NCBI GenBank assembly: GCA_002633005.1
Contig: NMRA01000040.1
Span: 1,237,805-1,301,804 of the forward strand
Length of the DNA: 64,000 nucleotides
From: Phoronis australis
Lineage: Eukaryota > Animalia > Phoronida
Direction of reading: 5' to 3'
Shown: piece by piece, positions 51,001 to 63,370 of the stretch
How positions within the stretch are numbered: position 1 is the stretch's first letter
Layout of the letters: the number at the start of each line of letters is the position of its first letter
Made by a program: the position numbers and the translations under genes
Notes under the pieces: generated by a model
Told to the model about the DNA's origin: nothing
Database searches by the model: none
What the model saw: only the letters and a program-made list of their open reading frames with translations

Positions 51001-54000
51001 GCGCCACACAATGGTCACGCAGACTACCCGGTTACGTTTGACATTTTCAATACATATATTCATGAACTTGTCCATCACAGTATTGCATAAGTCCATGGTG
51101 CAGTACAAAAAAACAGAATCACTTGTTAACTCGATCAATCAATTAAACGCGAACTAAATTGCCACCAGAAAATTAATACTAGATCTAGCAGCTCTGTTCC
51201 GTACTCAGTTGAAGAAATATAATTCTCCCCTGATGTTTCATAATTTGGTTTACCTTTAACTCAGCGCAATAAACCCTACAAGATACATCGCACGCGAACA
51301 ACAATTGCCTGTCAATGATGCTTTGAGAAAATGTGTTTGTACTTTGACAGGCGATTTGTGTATGCCTTTTATTTCCAGTCTATTTTTTTTTCATTTCAAT
51401 CCAGAAACCTCCACCTACCTGCAATATACATTTAACAAACACGAGATTTCAAACATTGAGGAACTCAATGGCTACCTCATGGGAAATATTGCCTGTGACA
51501 CCATATGGCCGTTGGCACGACCAGTCGGTGAAAGCTTGTCCAATAAGTATTGCTCAACGAACTTTTGTCTTAGAATATTGTCAAATTGCTTCATACGTAA
51601 TGAATAATATACAAACAAGAAAAGAATTTTCTGTCGGAACTGTTTACTTGCGAACCATGCTAAACTCGCTGACTCTCTGCAACAGCGATACAACACTCAA
51701 CGTCATAATTCTCAATTTCACCTGCGACTATATCAGTTAATCTCGCATTTAAAGGGGCATTACGGGTTTTCAGCCGAAATGTCACATTCTTGAGATGGAG
51801 CTATAAAAAAATCTAAACCCGCGTTTTAGTAATTTTAGTGCAAATAAACAATACTTGCCCTTGCCTGTCAGACATTTGCTGAAGATCAAGCCCGGTGGCT
51901 TTACGAGGTTAATACGCTTAAATACCTTGCCAATCCATTCGTNTGAAAGCTTGTCCAATAAGTATTGCTCAACGAACTTTTGTCTTAGAATATTGTCAAA
52001 TTGCTTCATACGTAATGAATAATATACAAACAAGAAAAGAATTTTCTGTCGGAACTGTTTACTTGCGAACCATGCTAAACTCGCTGACTCTCTGCAACAG
52101 CGATACAACACTCAACGTCATAATTCTCAATTTCACCTGCGACTATATCAGTTAATCTCGCATTTAAAGGGGCATTACGGGTTTTCAGCCGAAATGTCAC
52201 ATTCTTGAGATGGAGCTATAAAAAAAATCTAAACCCTTCGCGTTTTAGTGATTTTAGTGCAAATAAACAATACTTGCCCTTGCCTGTCAGGCATTTGCTG
52301 AAGATCAAGCCCGGTGGCTTTACGAGGTTAATACGCTTAAATACCTTGCCAATCCAGTCGTGTTTTGTTCCGCCATAAGAGCGTTAGACTGCGACCACGG
52401 TGGCTGCAGGTTCGATTACGTGCTGTGGCTGATCTCAGAAAACCATTTTTCTCCTCGAATATGTCTCATGAACTTTAACAGTTTCAGTAAAAAACTACTA
52501 CTTCACTAATGCGTTACGCTGTTCTTGCGGATGTTTTAGTTGTCACGTGACCTGCTCATAAAACTGCAGAAAATTTTAGGTCCTCGCTTGTATGATTGTA
52601 CCATCTTTAAATATTGGAATCATCATGCACGTGTTCACCCCTAATAGTAAATGATACTTGTGAAATTAATCGAAATGACACTGCGATCTTAGGTGTACGG
52701 CTAAAACGTTCTCCCAACGAACTGGATGGGTGTATTTTTTCACTTGCTTGGAAGGACTAGAAATTTCAATATACCGGTTAAGGATCGTTTTTGTGTCGAA
52801 GCTGGGAACCCATGCATGTCGACAGCCATTTGGAACATCTAGGTTATTCTTAGACTTTAATTTAAGGCTCCGATGTGCGCTGTCGAATGGCCGACAGTTT
52901 ATAGACACCCATCTGCTGAGTGTGTACCAGGTAGCATCGATTGATTTGCTTCCCTAAACAGGCAAGTAGATTGACAAACAGAGGATCAGGACACGTGGCC
53001 GCATACTCAGGTTCATATTACACACGTTAAAAGCAGACCTCTAGAAAAAAATTTAGAATAATAAATATATATATCACAGAATAGAATTTGGTGAGTGATG
53101 AATTTCGAGCTACGAGCGACGCGCACACTTTCGTTTGGTTTCACGTAAAAACGACAACAAGGGGCATGATTATTGAAGTATCGTAGGACCACGGTCGATA
53201 GTGCCAACGCACTCTGACATTCCATACGGAACACCTCGGGTATTCCCGTAATCTCAGATGTCCTCTAGGTACGCAGTCGTATGGCAAGTTGTGTGACTTT
53301 CAAACTCGAGAATGTTTAGCTTGTTTAGCTAGTTGACTGATATCCGCACATGCGCAGACAACGTTCACCTCTGAGAAGATATGATCCCGTAGATTAGTTC
53401 GCAGCGGAGACTAAAATGCTCCGATCTATTCCAGCTCATGGAGTAACGAAGCAACGTATGTTGCTCTACCCCTCTCCCTTCAAAACGGGCATAGATTTAT
53501 TCCATACAGAATAATTGTGCTTTACTATTATTTGATGAGCATCCAGAAACGAATACTCAGCGCCTATGCTGCCCCCTACCCTTTAAATCGTAGCAAATGC
53601 GAAGCACTGATGAAAACCTCAACCTACATACTGTACACTTGTCTTCGCGCTGTACTCCTTGCGCATGTGCGATATTTAGAACAATTTATTATGTACATAT
53701 AGTAGGATAACATACGTGGTGCTACGTATTCTCTACAGCCTTTTTAGTGCGAAAAGTAAAACAGGTATTCGCTTGTTTCGTATTACATCATTTTGACATT
53801 TTGGACCCAAAGAAATAAAATAAAATGGCTAGATTAAAAACAATGATAATAATAGGTATGACTAGAAATTACTAAGGATTTGGAAAAGTATAATTATTAT
53901 AAACTTTGAAAGTTTCTCTGCGTCTAAGCAATCCCGCAACATTTAAGTACTTACTGGCAGTATGATTTTACCATTCAAGGACAAATTTGAGCATTTTGAC

Positions 54001-54609
54001 ACAAGCCAACTCGAACCGGGGACTTGTCGTGTATTGGAGGTTACGAAAATACCCCAGGTATTCCGGATGCGTGATATCCCACAGTTCCTTGCGCAGACGA
54101 CCTGTCGCGGCAATGTACGTAAAAAGATCACTATGCATACGACCTTATGCCTTTGGTAGCGCGTGCCCTAGGCGCCATCAGTGAACATCGCCACTTCACA
54201 CGTGCGATTTCGGATTCAGTACGATTTAGAAGAACCTCATTGCAAAATTATTAGCACAATGTAGGAAATGTAAGAGTAACGAGTTGTTATAAACTTGGAG
54301 CGATGCGTAGTAAGCGCCTTTTGGTGTTTCAGTTCGCAATAACAAGAAGTCCATGTGTTACACGTAAGCACAATCGTACCAACACTCCTTAATTTCAACA
54401 TACCTGTAATAATCTTCTTTGCAATAAATGTTCCCGTCCTTGGCGTAACACGTTAACTCGGAGTCCAGTTCCACATTGCAGTCGACACATTTCAAGCAGC
54501 CTGCATGCCACTGTTTGTCTACCGCCAACAGGTAATAGCGATCCAAAATTTTCCGGCCACAACCGAAACATATGGAAGGGGTCTCGGCAATGTTGGCGAC
54601 AGGCATGTT
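29806..54609 (-). CDS. Lhx2/9: LIM-homeobox protein Lhx2/9 (apterous ortholog): join(54404-54609, 39366-39724, 30328-30518, 29806-30081); 5' exon(s) not identified
   Basis: Two LIM domains, a QKGRPRKRK motif, and homeodomain KRMRTSFKHHQLRTMKSYFALNHNPDAKDLKQLAQKTGLTKRVLQ|VWFQNARAKYRRNLLRQE, which is diagnostic of the Lhx2/9 family. GT-AG introns with consistent phases 2,1,0. Confidence 0.97.
30328..30518 (-). CDS. Lhx2/9: Lhx2/9 homeodomain exon (up to helix 3)
   Basis: GLDDPDQ...QKRMRTSFKHHQ...KRVLQ. Donor CAA|GTAAGT at the conserved homeodomain intron position. Confidence 0.97.
37611..37678 (-). repeat. Degenerate tRNA-derived (SINE-head-like) sequence
   Basis: Minus strand has A-box-like AAGCTCAGCGG and B-box GAGTTCGATTCC. 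No intact acceptor stem. Confidence 0.5.
38569..39007 (-). mobile_element. 5'-truncated LINE 3' end (RTE-X-like C-terminal Zn-knuckle region + 3'UTR), flanked by ~75-bp direct repeats
   Basis: ALARFRC...ILQGRFSGLDREKRICPCCDSGKEETELHFLLECNLYSDLR. The 3'UTR ends GGACCGGAGGCCT...AAATAAA. Direct repeats at 38495-38568 and 39008-39082. Confidence 0.85.
39366..39724 (-). CDS. Lhx2/9: Lhx2/9 LIM2 exon
   Basis: [35 protein letters not shown]...YCRAHYE...GQKGRPRKRK. Donor G|GTAAGT. Confidence 0.96.
40856..40890 (-). mobile_element. Solo MITE terminus (CAGTGGCGGATCTAG-type, hAT-like)
   Basis: Near-exact reverse complement of 42425-42458. Confidence 0.6.
41141..41209. mobile_element. 69-bp MITE, CATGGGCG TIRs, 5-bp TSD
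   Basis: TIRs CATGGGCGGCGCA / TGCGTCGCCCATG (12/13 match). GTACA duplicated at 41136-41140 and 41210-41214. Confidence 0.8.
42425..42929. mobile_element. hAT-like MITE spanning the assembly gap
   Basis: Left end CAGTGGCGGATCT, right end AATCCGCCTATG (imperfect TIR). ACTAT occurs on both flanks (42420-42424, 42930-42934). Confidence 0.55.
42647..42917. other. Assembly gap (N run)
   Basis: 271 consecutive Ns. Confidence 1.
50166..50242 (-). repeat. Degenerate tRNA-derived sequence
   Basis: Minus strand reads GGGGGTGTAGCTC...AGAGCGTT...TGCGACC...GGGTTCGAAT. Confidence 0.45.
51529..52361. repeat. ~415-bp near-identical tandem duplication separated by a single N, probably a haplotype/contig-overlap artefact
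   Basis: 51529-51942 and 51944-~52361 differ by a few SNPs and indels. The N at 51943 sits exactly at the junction. Confidence 0.85.
54404..54609 (-). CDS. Lhx2/9: Lhx2/9 LIM1 exon
   Basis: NMPVANIAETPSICFGCGRKILDRYYLLAVDKQWHAGCLKCVDC...IYCKEDYY(R). Acceptor CTTGCTTTCAG|, donor AG|GTATGT. Confidence 0.96.
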
Positions 54610-56159
54610 CTGAAAGCAAGGAAGAAGCGATCACGTTTGTGCAGAGACTGCCAGGGAAGAGTTCAATACCTGTCTCGCGGTGAGAAAAATCTAGACAAAA
54701 TTACGCGCTCTCATTGAAAATACAAGGCACTACCTCGCGGAATCTCGCGAAATCTTGATTACTTAACGAGGTACTAACGGTAATGAACTCGACCCAGAAC
54801 CTAACTACAGCATCATGACCACTAGAGTGGGTCTGAAAATGGCCATACGTAGGGAACAAAATCCCCCATATGAACTGAAACAGAAGGAGACGGAAACGGA
54901 TACACACCTGGCCCAAAGTGGCAGCCAAGTTTGAAACGTTTAGGTAGGAAGTAGGTATTAAGTATTTGGTTCGATAATTCTTCATTAGTTACACACAAAA
55001 TAATGTCCAAGAATGTCATTTTGGAATTTTGAAGGATTAATGATTAATTTGTTACAAATATTGAAAGCGTCAACAGATGCTCTTTTTAACATCTACAAAG
55101 TGCAATCAACTGTGATACTAGTATATTTTAATCTTTATTTTTGTTACGAAACAATATAGGGTTTCACATGTCGGCCATGCTGTGTGCTAAATATGTAGTG
55201 ATTAACATTACTATTCGTTGGCGTAGAACGTAAAGAATTGGGAAGACGGAATATCACTGCACTGCAATAACATGTACAAGTTAGAACGATAACAAACTTC
55301 ACGACAGAGTAGTATACAGTACTTGAATGTTTTCTCGTAGTAAGAAACGAGTTACAACGCATTGCCATAGGTCTACTCAAGTCTTGGGAAACTGTTCTAC
55401 ACTTGGCCACATTGACTGTGGAGAAATGCACTTAAAGTTTTAAATTGTCAAACAGGATTAGGAGGTAATTTGATAGAAACCCAGTGAATTTGGCAGGCAC
55501 GCTTGTCTGCCGTGTGCCTAGTCGAGCGAAAACACACGAAGTTGACACGAACTCGAGTCTGAGATTACGTGGAATGCCCGAGTAGGCACTGAGGCGAATG
55601 AAAACCAGAAGCGAAAATTGGCCCTTAGGATCGCACTAGGATTTGTGACTTTGAACCAATGCAGTGTAAATATCAAAACAGAGGCCGAGTCAAGGACTGA
55701 AGTTGAACTGCGCAAGTTGACGACTGTCATGTTCGATTTTATGGTCCAAGACAATCTAGGAAGCGAAAGAAAGGCTGTCTCGCGTGCATCAATCACGAAA
55801 AACACCACTGCCCGAACACCATAACTGTTTGATTTAACCATTCGAAAAGAGGTTCCAAAGATGAATGATTCGACAGTTCTAAATAGCCTTCCGTAGACCT
55901 CACCGTAGACCCTTGAAACCCGCGAAAACGCACGACCACGCAAGTCTTCGCGAGATGTCACCGTGCGAGCAAACCCCGAGTGCACATTAACTCTTCTTGA
56001 GAGCGTCTTGCTTGCAAAACGTAGCTTGAATGAATAGCGGCATTTACCACAATGGGACATTGCCATCCCGCGGCCTGTTCTCAGCGTGCACTTACTAAGA
56101 TCTGTTTCGTGCCCCTTTCACAATGGACTATATCTACGGAACCCTGGGACAATGCTAAT

Positions 56160-56400
56160 ATCGCCTAGTGGGCGGGCCAGCTCTGACAACCCCCTTAGTA
56201 GCCTACACGTAAATCCCGGGTCCGCCCCAATGGAACACGAAAGATGCCGTCTGTATTTACACTACGCACCCTCCAGATACTTTCTACAAAAAGATCACAT
56301 GTTTACATAAAGACCTATTGATCCACCTTGTTTTAAATTGTTGACTTCAAACACTAGTGTAACGTGACATTGTGGCCACATTGATTGGACTGATTGCGTT
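56160..56400 (-). promoter_or_regulatory. Candidate proximal promoter region for Lhx2/9
   Basis: GC boxes GGGCGGG (~56170) and TCCGCCCC (56221), ATTGG/CCAAT (~56383) and a CpG-rich stretch ~1.5 kb upstream of the LIM1 exon. Motif-level evidence only. Confidence 0.25.
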
Positions 56401-59400
56401 GACCGTCAGACGGTATTCAAAAACTGTGTTACGCCGAAAGGCTTCGATTTCTGAGATCGATCTAGAAGAGTTAAGAATAGGGTTGAACAATGGGAACAGA
56501 GGTGCATAACATACCCTAGTCTATTGTTCGAGGGTGTCAAGTCGCTTGACTGTGATACAACTGGTCGGTGAGATGAGTTCAGAGTTGGTGGAGAAGGATT
56601 TCCGGGAGCGCCTAAATATTTTCGACGGTACCTTGGGCGCAGATGGAAAATTATGACACGCGTTGTTTTAGAGAGTGGGTTAAACCCGGAAATAGTTAAC
56701 AGGCCATTTGGCATTGTTATCTGTTTTGTTTTCACTAAGGCCTAAAAGCAGAATTGAAAAACAGCTTCCACATCGCGTGGATACCCTTTCGCGACGGGGT
56801 TTAAGTCAATTAACACTATTGCAGGAGGTTATTCCAATGATAAATCTCACTAGAATTCAAAAGGTGAATCATTTCGATGGGAATTCAATCAGGGAAATGT
56901 GCCGTTTAGAGAAAATTTGCCGCGAATGAACTCAGCCTCGTGAGGGGCACATTCCGTTCACAACTTTTTGCGAGTACTCTCCAAGATATGAGAGAAGTAA
57001 CTGAAAAGGTAGGATTAGTTTTTAACAAATCATACGAATTATAATTCGTGGAAATGTTTCTCCCTGCAGTGCACTTTTTAATTGGTTTAGAAGCTTCCAC
57101 AAGCCCAAATCCACACAGCGTCGTCTTCTACACTATCAAAATACATATAGTTTGTAGCAGTGACTAGTGTCAACGTTATTTGTCTAGGTCCAATAAACGA
57201 CATTAGATTTTAACCCGCCTTAAAGTGTTAAACTACAGATGAACTTGTTGCAACATCTGGTTTACGCATACAATTTTAATTTGTCGAAGCTGCGTTTTGA
57301 CATTTTTAACTGGCTAAAAAAACGAAAATCCAACCGGGCCTTCTACTCTCATAAAATCGGGTCTCACGATCTTTCTTACTGTCACAAGACTCTGTTTCTT
57401 CTAGCAACTCAAGTCAATGGCTATGCGCACGTGCGCCTTTTTCGAATACGCTATTTTAGTGCTGGCTAATCCCAATTAACTCCGAAGCATGTTCTTATGT
57501 CACTAATGGAAATAGAACCCTATCACGGCAAAGAATAATATAAGATCGATTTTATCAGAGTAAAAAGTCTCATTTTAGCCAGCCCGAAATGCAGCTTTAA
57601 ATCTACTTCGTTTTGTCAAATATTTCAAAGCTAATTCAGAGACATACTAGAAAACTTGTCCTATAGTTCACGCTTTGGGTGAAGCCCTTCGTTTTTTCTT
57701 TTCATTTTTAATACATGGTATTAGCGATCTTAGTTACTCATGATAACACCACTGTGGTAAGGGGGAAGGTCACACAGCTACGATAACTTTATGTATTCCA
57801 GTTAAAAATTTGCGATTTCGGCTTGAGCTAATTAGCTTCTCAAGGTCTATAGAAAGGACAACTGAGCAAATCAAACTTTTTTTAATAATTGATCACTAGC
57901 CATTTTACAAGTTAAATCTGTTTGCTGACGAATTCTAAATCAACGTACGCGCGCGTTATTTACTGGTCTAAGCGTCCAACACCTTTTTAATAAAATATTA
58001 AGTAAGTGATTTTTTTCATTTTAACATTGTTTGGATACATAAGCCAAACAAAAATAGCACATCGTATATTGAATAATGTTCCTCAAGTTTGAGCGCTCGT
58101 ATTTTGCAGAATCAATGAGCCAAGTATTTATCTCATTGGCAGTATGCACCTCCTGCAAAACAATTTGCTGAAAATTCGACTACAAAGACGACTAGTTACA
58201 ACACGCACCTGCGGACTAGTATACCTGAAACCTTGTCTGACCAAGTCGTGTTCCTTGTTTACACGGGTGCTTTCAATTTAGCTGCAGACTGCGGCGCTAA
58301 ACCGACACTAAATGTTAATCCGACTGATACACAGACCTTCTGAATTTAGTTGTCCACAACTCATCTGTCCATTACATGGCAGATACAACAGTTTGTTTCT
58401 ATGGTAACAGGTGATGGGTTCCTAGTTTTCGTGATTTTCTAAAATACAGTATTTCTAAACATAGTCTACAGTAACCAGCGGAAGATGACTACAGGATCGC
58501 ATTCTGAAAAAATGTTCCTCTAAATATTATCGAAAACAGGGGACAGCGCTTCCTATATATATATGTAAATATGTTTTCCTCACGCCATGAATTCCATCGC
58601 TTCTGTGTAAATTCCGCCACGCGGCAGAACTGTAAGAGAAGACCAGTTATCTTTACAGTGACCGATTTGGCAGGTTTAAGATTTCATTCAACAATTTCAC
58701 ATCAAGATTTCGCGGACGTTCTCTTGATAAATGCCAGACCTTCGGCGGACTACTCCGCTTTGCAGTCCTATTCTAAAGGAAGTCACGTGGTCTAATTAAA
58801 GAAAATGTGTGCACAGGGCTTCGATTAAAAATCCAAATTTAAAGTATAAAATATATCGAATACCCCAAAAAGCGCCATAGAAGCACAAGTGTTAGGGTTA
58901 TATTCTTCAACGTCAACTTAAGAACTCCATTTGTTGTATATACAAGGTACGTATCACTTGTTTCATTAAGAATCGGTGAACTGCGTGCTATCTACGAAAA
59001 AGAGAAAGAGCAACAGATGCAAGGCCATCTATCAGTCAAGATATACAAGTAAAGACAAAATCTCACAGATAATATTTTAAACCAAAAATAAACTCTCTTA
59101 CGTAACAGAGAGACAATATACTATAAAAGTAACAATTAGCAGGTGGGTACGCGAATATTCAGACAGACGTTTTGTGTTCATTAGCAGGTTGTCACTTTGA
59201 AATACTACAAGTATACGTATTACTACACAGAAACAATGTCGGTCGATGTGTACAACTTGGCTCTTTGCCGTTTTATCCTTTCAGCCTTCGCAGACTCCGG
59301 CCAACAACTTCGAAAGGTATACTATATACAACATCAAATGAAAACTGCAGACTATAAAATGGCTCACTCAAAGTCAAGAACTCACAAAATCTCGAGTTAA

Positions 59401-62400
59401 AAATAAAAACGCTAAAAGTAAATCTACAACTGAAAAGCCAAGCAGGAAACGTCAAATGTAAATTTCCTCGGCTCAACCGCTGTTGCTCGCAATTTTTCAG
59501 AGGTACGACTCATGGAACGATGCATCGGTATTGTTTGGAATCCACAACGTTGAAGTTGGAAAATATTTTGATCTCTTCACGCATCAACGGCACCTGGCGG
59601 TCATTGAATACGCTCCGTGTGATATCTAAACACCTGATTACGTAATACGCGGACAAAACGGGAGCAAGATTGGACAATTTCAAGAACTCGATACTTCGAT
59701 ATTACTTCACAAGGAATTGCTCTCAGCTGCAAACAGAGAAAATCGTCAAATATAAGTGATTCCAGGTTATCTGATTAATATATAAATTAATGTGCGAGAT
59801 GTATGAAAAGATACTGGAAGATTGAAGTCGGAAGCGTAAGACGAAAATTTTAATTTGATATTTAAGTATTATAGTGAATTAATTCTACCTTACGCTGATG
59901 ACGCACGCAGTCTAAAACTTTGTCTTCACGGTGAAATTTTAACTGTCGCGTGGCCAATGCATCTTTTTCGTCTTACAACAATTTAGTTATTTCATATAAC
60001 AATTTGGTAACTTCTTTGTTACTTTGCAAACTTTTTGATTTGTGAACAGCATTCCTCAGCTTGACTGTTCACTGGCTTATATTGTTGACATGATTGTGAT
60101 CGGAAATTCAATTTGACTTAATTTGCTAAATGAGCATGCAACTATTTTTCCAAGACTGTTCTTTAAAGTGAAAAATGATTTACGGCACCTTAATTGTAAC
60201 AGTGATCCAACGTCGCATTACTATAAGCAATAAATTTTAACGAAACAAAAATAACGGTTGTGTGATAAAAAGATATACTGTCGAAGTGCAACAATGTATT
60301 TGCTGTCTCTAAAAGAAGTGCATACAACAATATCTTCAAATGAAGTCACGGCAAACGCAATTCTTTGAAGTCTCGCCAAATTCTCTTATAAATAATAACC
60401 ATCATCATCATCATGATGTTGTTAACAAAAATTTATTTTATTATAGACAACGAAGTTGACTGCACTTCAAATAATCAATTGGACAAGACCAAATCTACTA
60501 TCAGCAAACTAAAACAGAGACGTAAATATTCCTGGCAACTATTGCCCAGTACAAGAATGAAGTCTACCTTGCTGTGGACGTTGTAACAAACTAATGGCGC
60601 CTTGTCGACACCGTCGTTATTTTGTTTATTTTTCGGTTTAAAATTCGCTGCACTTCGAATCCCGCAAAGCTGAAAAAACGCGAGCACCTCAGTAGACGAA
60701 ACAAACAACAATTAACCCGTACCTTTGAAAGTGTGAAGATCCAGCGTGAGTGGGTTTCTCTGTTTTAACTGTTTTCATACCAGAAACAGTTTGATCTAAT
60801 AAAACCACTTATGTTTTGAGATAAATCATTTCGCTGGTAAAGCAATAGTTTACCCTCATTTTGTAAAGAAGTTTGTTTTACAGAAAGTATCACCTCCAAC
60901 AACATGGCAAAACAATATCGGAAAACAAATCGACGATCGTCAATAAAGCAAACAATGGCCATGGTATAATTGATATAATAAATATTTGAACGTTTTCCAA
61001 CTTACGAGAGTCGGTGCGGCAGAATCTCGCTTCGTAGAAGAAAAAGTAACGAAGTAGTACAACGAAGTTGATGTTTTCGTTTTTCTTGGCCAACATCGGT
61101 GTCAGAGACCGTCAACTAGTAGCCTATAAGTTATAGTTTACATTCCAACAGTCAATAAATATCAAAACAACAGATTATCTCGGCATGAAACCACACACCC
61201 GCCGTTTATTGACGAAGATTTGTCGCACGCAGGACGTCAGGACAAACACAGACAAAACAGAATAAACATGAAATTTAGCAAAAAATACACTTCACTACCA
61301 TTTCATTAATACAGCAGTTAGGATGCAAAAAGAATTTGGATCCTACATGAGGACTAATTCTTGAAGCGTTTTCATTTGTGTCCCAGGCCGCAAGTCAACA
61401 CCGTATTCCTTAATCGAAGCTCAGAGCGGGAAACCCAAGTGATTTGGACAATTTTGGGAAAAATAACCTACCAGTTCTTTGCTTTGTTGCACGGCTCTAT
61501 TCTCCGGCTGGTCTTCGCTCATAGTATGGTAGAGACGCGCGACCATGCCTCCCGGCGTCCAGCAGACACTCCACTGAGAAAACGATCCTTGGTTTAATCA
61601 CCCTCTCTCTCTTGAGTGTCAATCCTAGGTTAGAGTCTTGTCTTTTAAAATATTTTCATTGCGGCTGGCTTAAGCTTGAGAATTTTTCGCATGCCAAAAT
61701 GGATTTAGTCGTCTATTTTGCTATGTATTGTGGCTCTTCAATAGATAATCCCCGTGTAGTGCTCGCGATGGGCTTTACAGATCACATTCGCATGAGTTGG
61801 CCGAGTTGTAACTTTAATAGATACGGAGGTGGAGCGAATAATGTTTTATGTAGACGTGTGGGCATCCCACTGAGAACGGTTCAATGCGAAATTTACAACG
61901 TGATTGGCTGAAAGGTGGACTAGTCTATTTTGGGATGATCCACTTTGTAGGGGTTGTAGGATACATAGCCCAACAATCGAACTTGAATGCTTTGACATAT
62001 CTTGTAACTCTGACAAATCGCTTCTTCATCTCTCAGTTGTTTTAAAATTTTATCATGGACAAAGTGAGAAATTTTCTCTCTACTGTAAACTTTCCATGCG
62101 TTCATTTCTGCCTGCTTCTTGAACCGCTCAACATTTGCACGGATGGCGTGAAATTTCTCGTAATTTTGTAGTAAGTTTTTAAAGTTTGACAAACCCGCCT
62201 ATGTTGGTCAAAAATGACTTTTGATTCAGATAACTTCCGCTATAAAATTGTGTCAACTTGTTCCTTATTCAGATGAGGAATGATTTTGGGCTATGCTCTG
62301 CGCCCAAAATGACGCGACGTGACGAGCCCACTGATCAAGCATGATCTCAACCTAACAAAGATGTCATACATCAACTTTCAATTCTTCCAGAGGCTCTAAA

Positions 62401-63239
62401 CCTGAGTAAACAACAAGTTAAAACAGATTTATACTGGTAAGTGATCCGGCGATATCAAAAGTTATTTTTTGCGGAATATTGGTTCGCAGTCGCTTTAATA
62501 TTGTCTTTCAAATAACCATATGGCATTTCATTGCTCAAAACTGCAGGCATTATATTTACCTTACAGACCATACGAACACAGTTTCTATTGAACCTTAGTT
62601 TTATTTGATTCTAATGTTTTTATACTCTGCAATATGTCAATAAACATTCTCGCCCGGGGTGTTTAAGCGACACCTGTTACTAAACAATGTAAACTAATCA
62701 ATGAACCAGGCGCATCTCGCTTAACCACTTTGTCTCAAACATTGCTTCCTACAGCATTTACGGTAGGCAATAGCGCGGAAAGCAATATGTCTCGCTCTCA
62801 TGAAATCAGTCGGAAATATCAAGCAACAATTTGTTGTTGAAATTGGCGTGTTTGAATATTGTTTCTCATCTTAATGTCGATATTTGATTTTTATACAATT
62901 CTATCAACAATAAAATGGCGAGCGAGTGCATCCGTACTCGTATTCAGTAGGGACAAAGACGTGACAATAGAAGTCGTCTTTATCCGTGTTACCTTAAAAT
63001 CAAAACAAGGGTCCTCTTTGGATATCGCGTAGGTTTTAAGACATGTCTATTGTACCAGATTCACTTGACCATAAAAATCCACCCTTTGTTGTCTACTTTA
63101 TCAGAACAAATATTACTTTCGGAGTATTCGCAGTTGTAATACCAATCAAGATGTATTACAATGCCATTGATTTCTTAGTTCAGAATTCACGTCTTTTCCT
63201 GATCTAATGCGTAAAAACAATTACTTTACGAACGCCGTT

Positions 63240-63370
63240 TGTCACCATCATCAACACCGCCGAGACCACCGCCGTCATCATCATTATCATTTTCATCATC
63301 ATTATCATCATCATCATCATCATCGTTAATGCCAATCGTCATCATCGAGGTCTTCACCATCATCATCATT
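63240..63370. repeat. Imperfect (CAT)n microsatellite
   Basis: Runs of CATCATCAT with variants. Confidence 0.9.

Noticed and set aside
51529-52361. Real tandem duplication of an intronic enhancer
   Set aside because: The junction is exactly a single N and the copies differ like alleles. Most likely an assembly overlap artefact; read depth would decide.
55518-56066. 182-aa minus-strand ORF as Lhx2/9 exon 1
   Set aside because: No similarity to Lhx2/9 N-termini that I recognise and no convincing in-frame donor. Probably CpG-rich 5'UTR, intron or promoter sequence.
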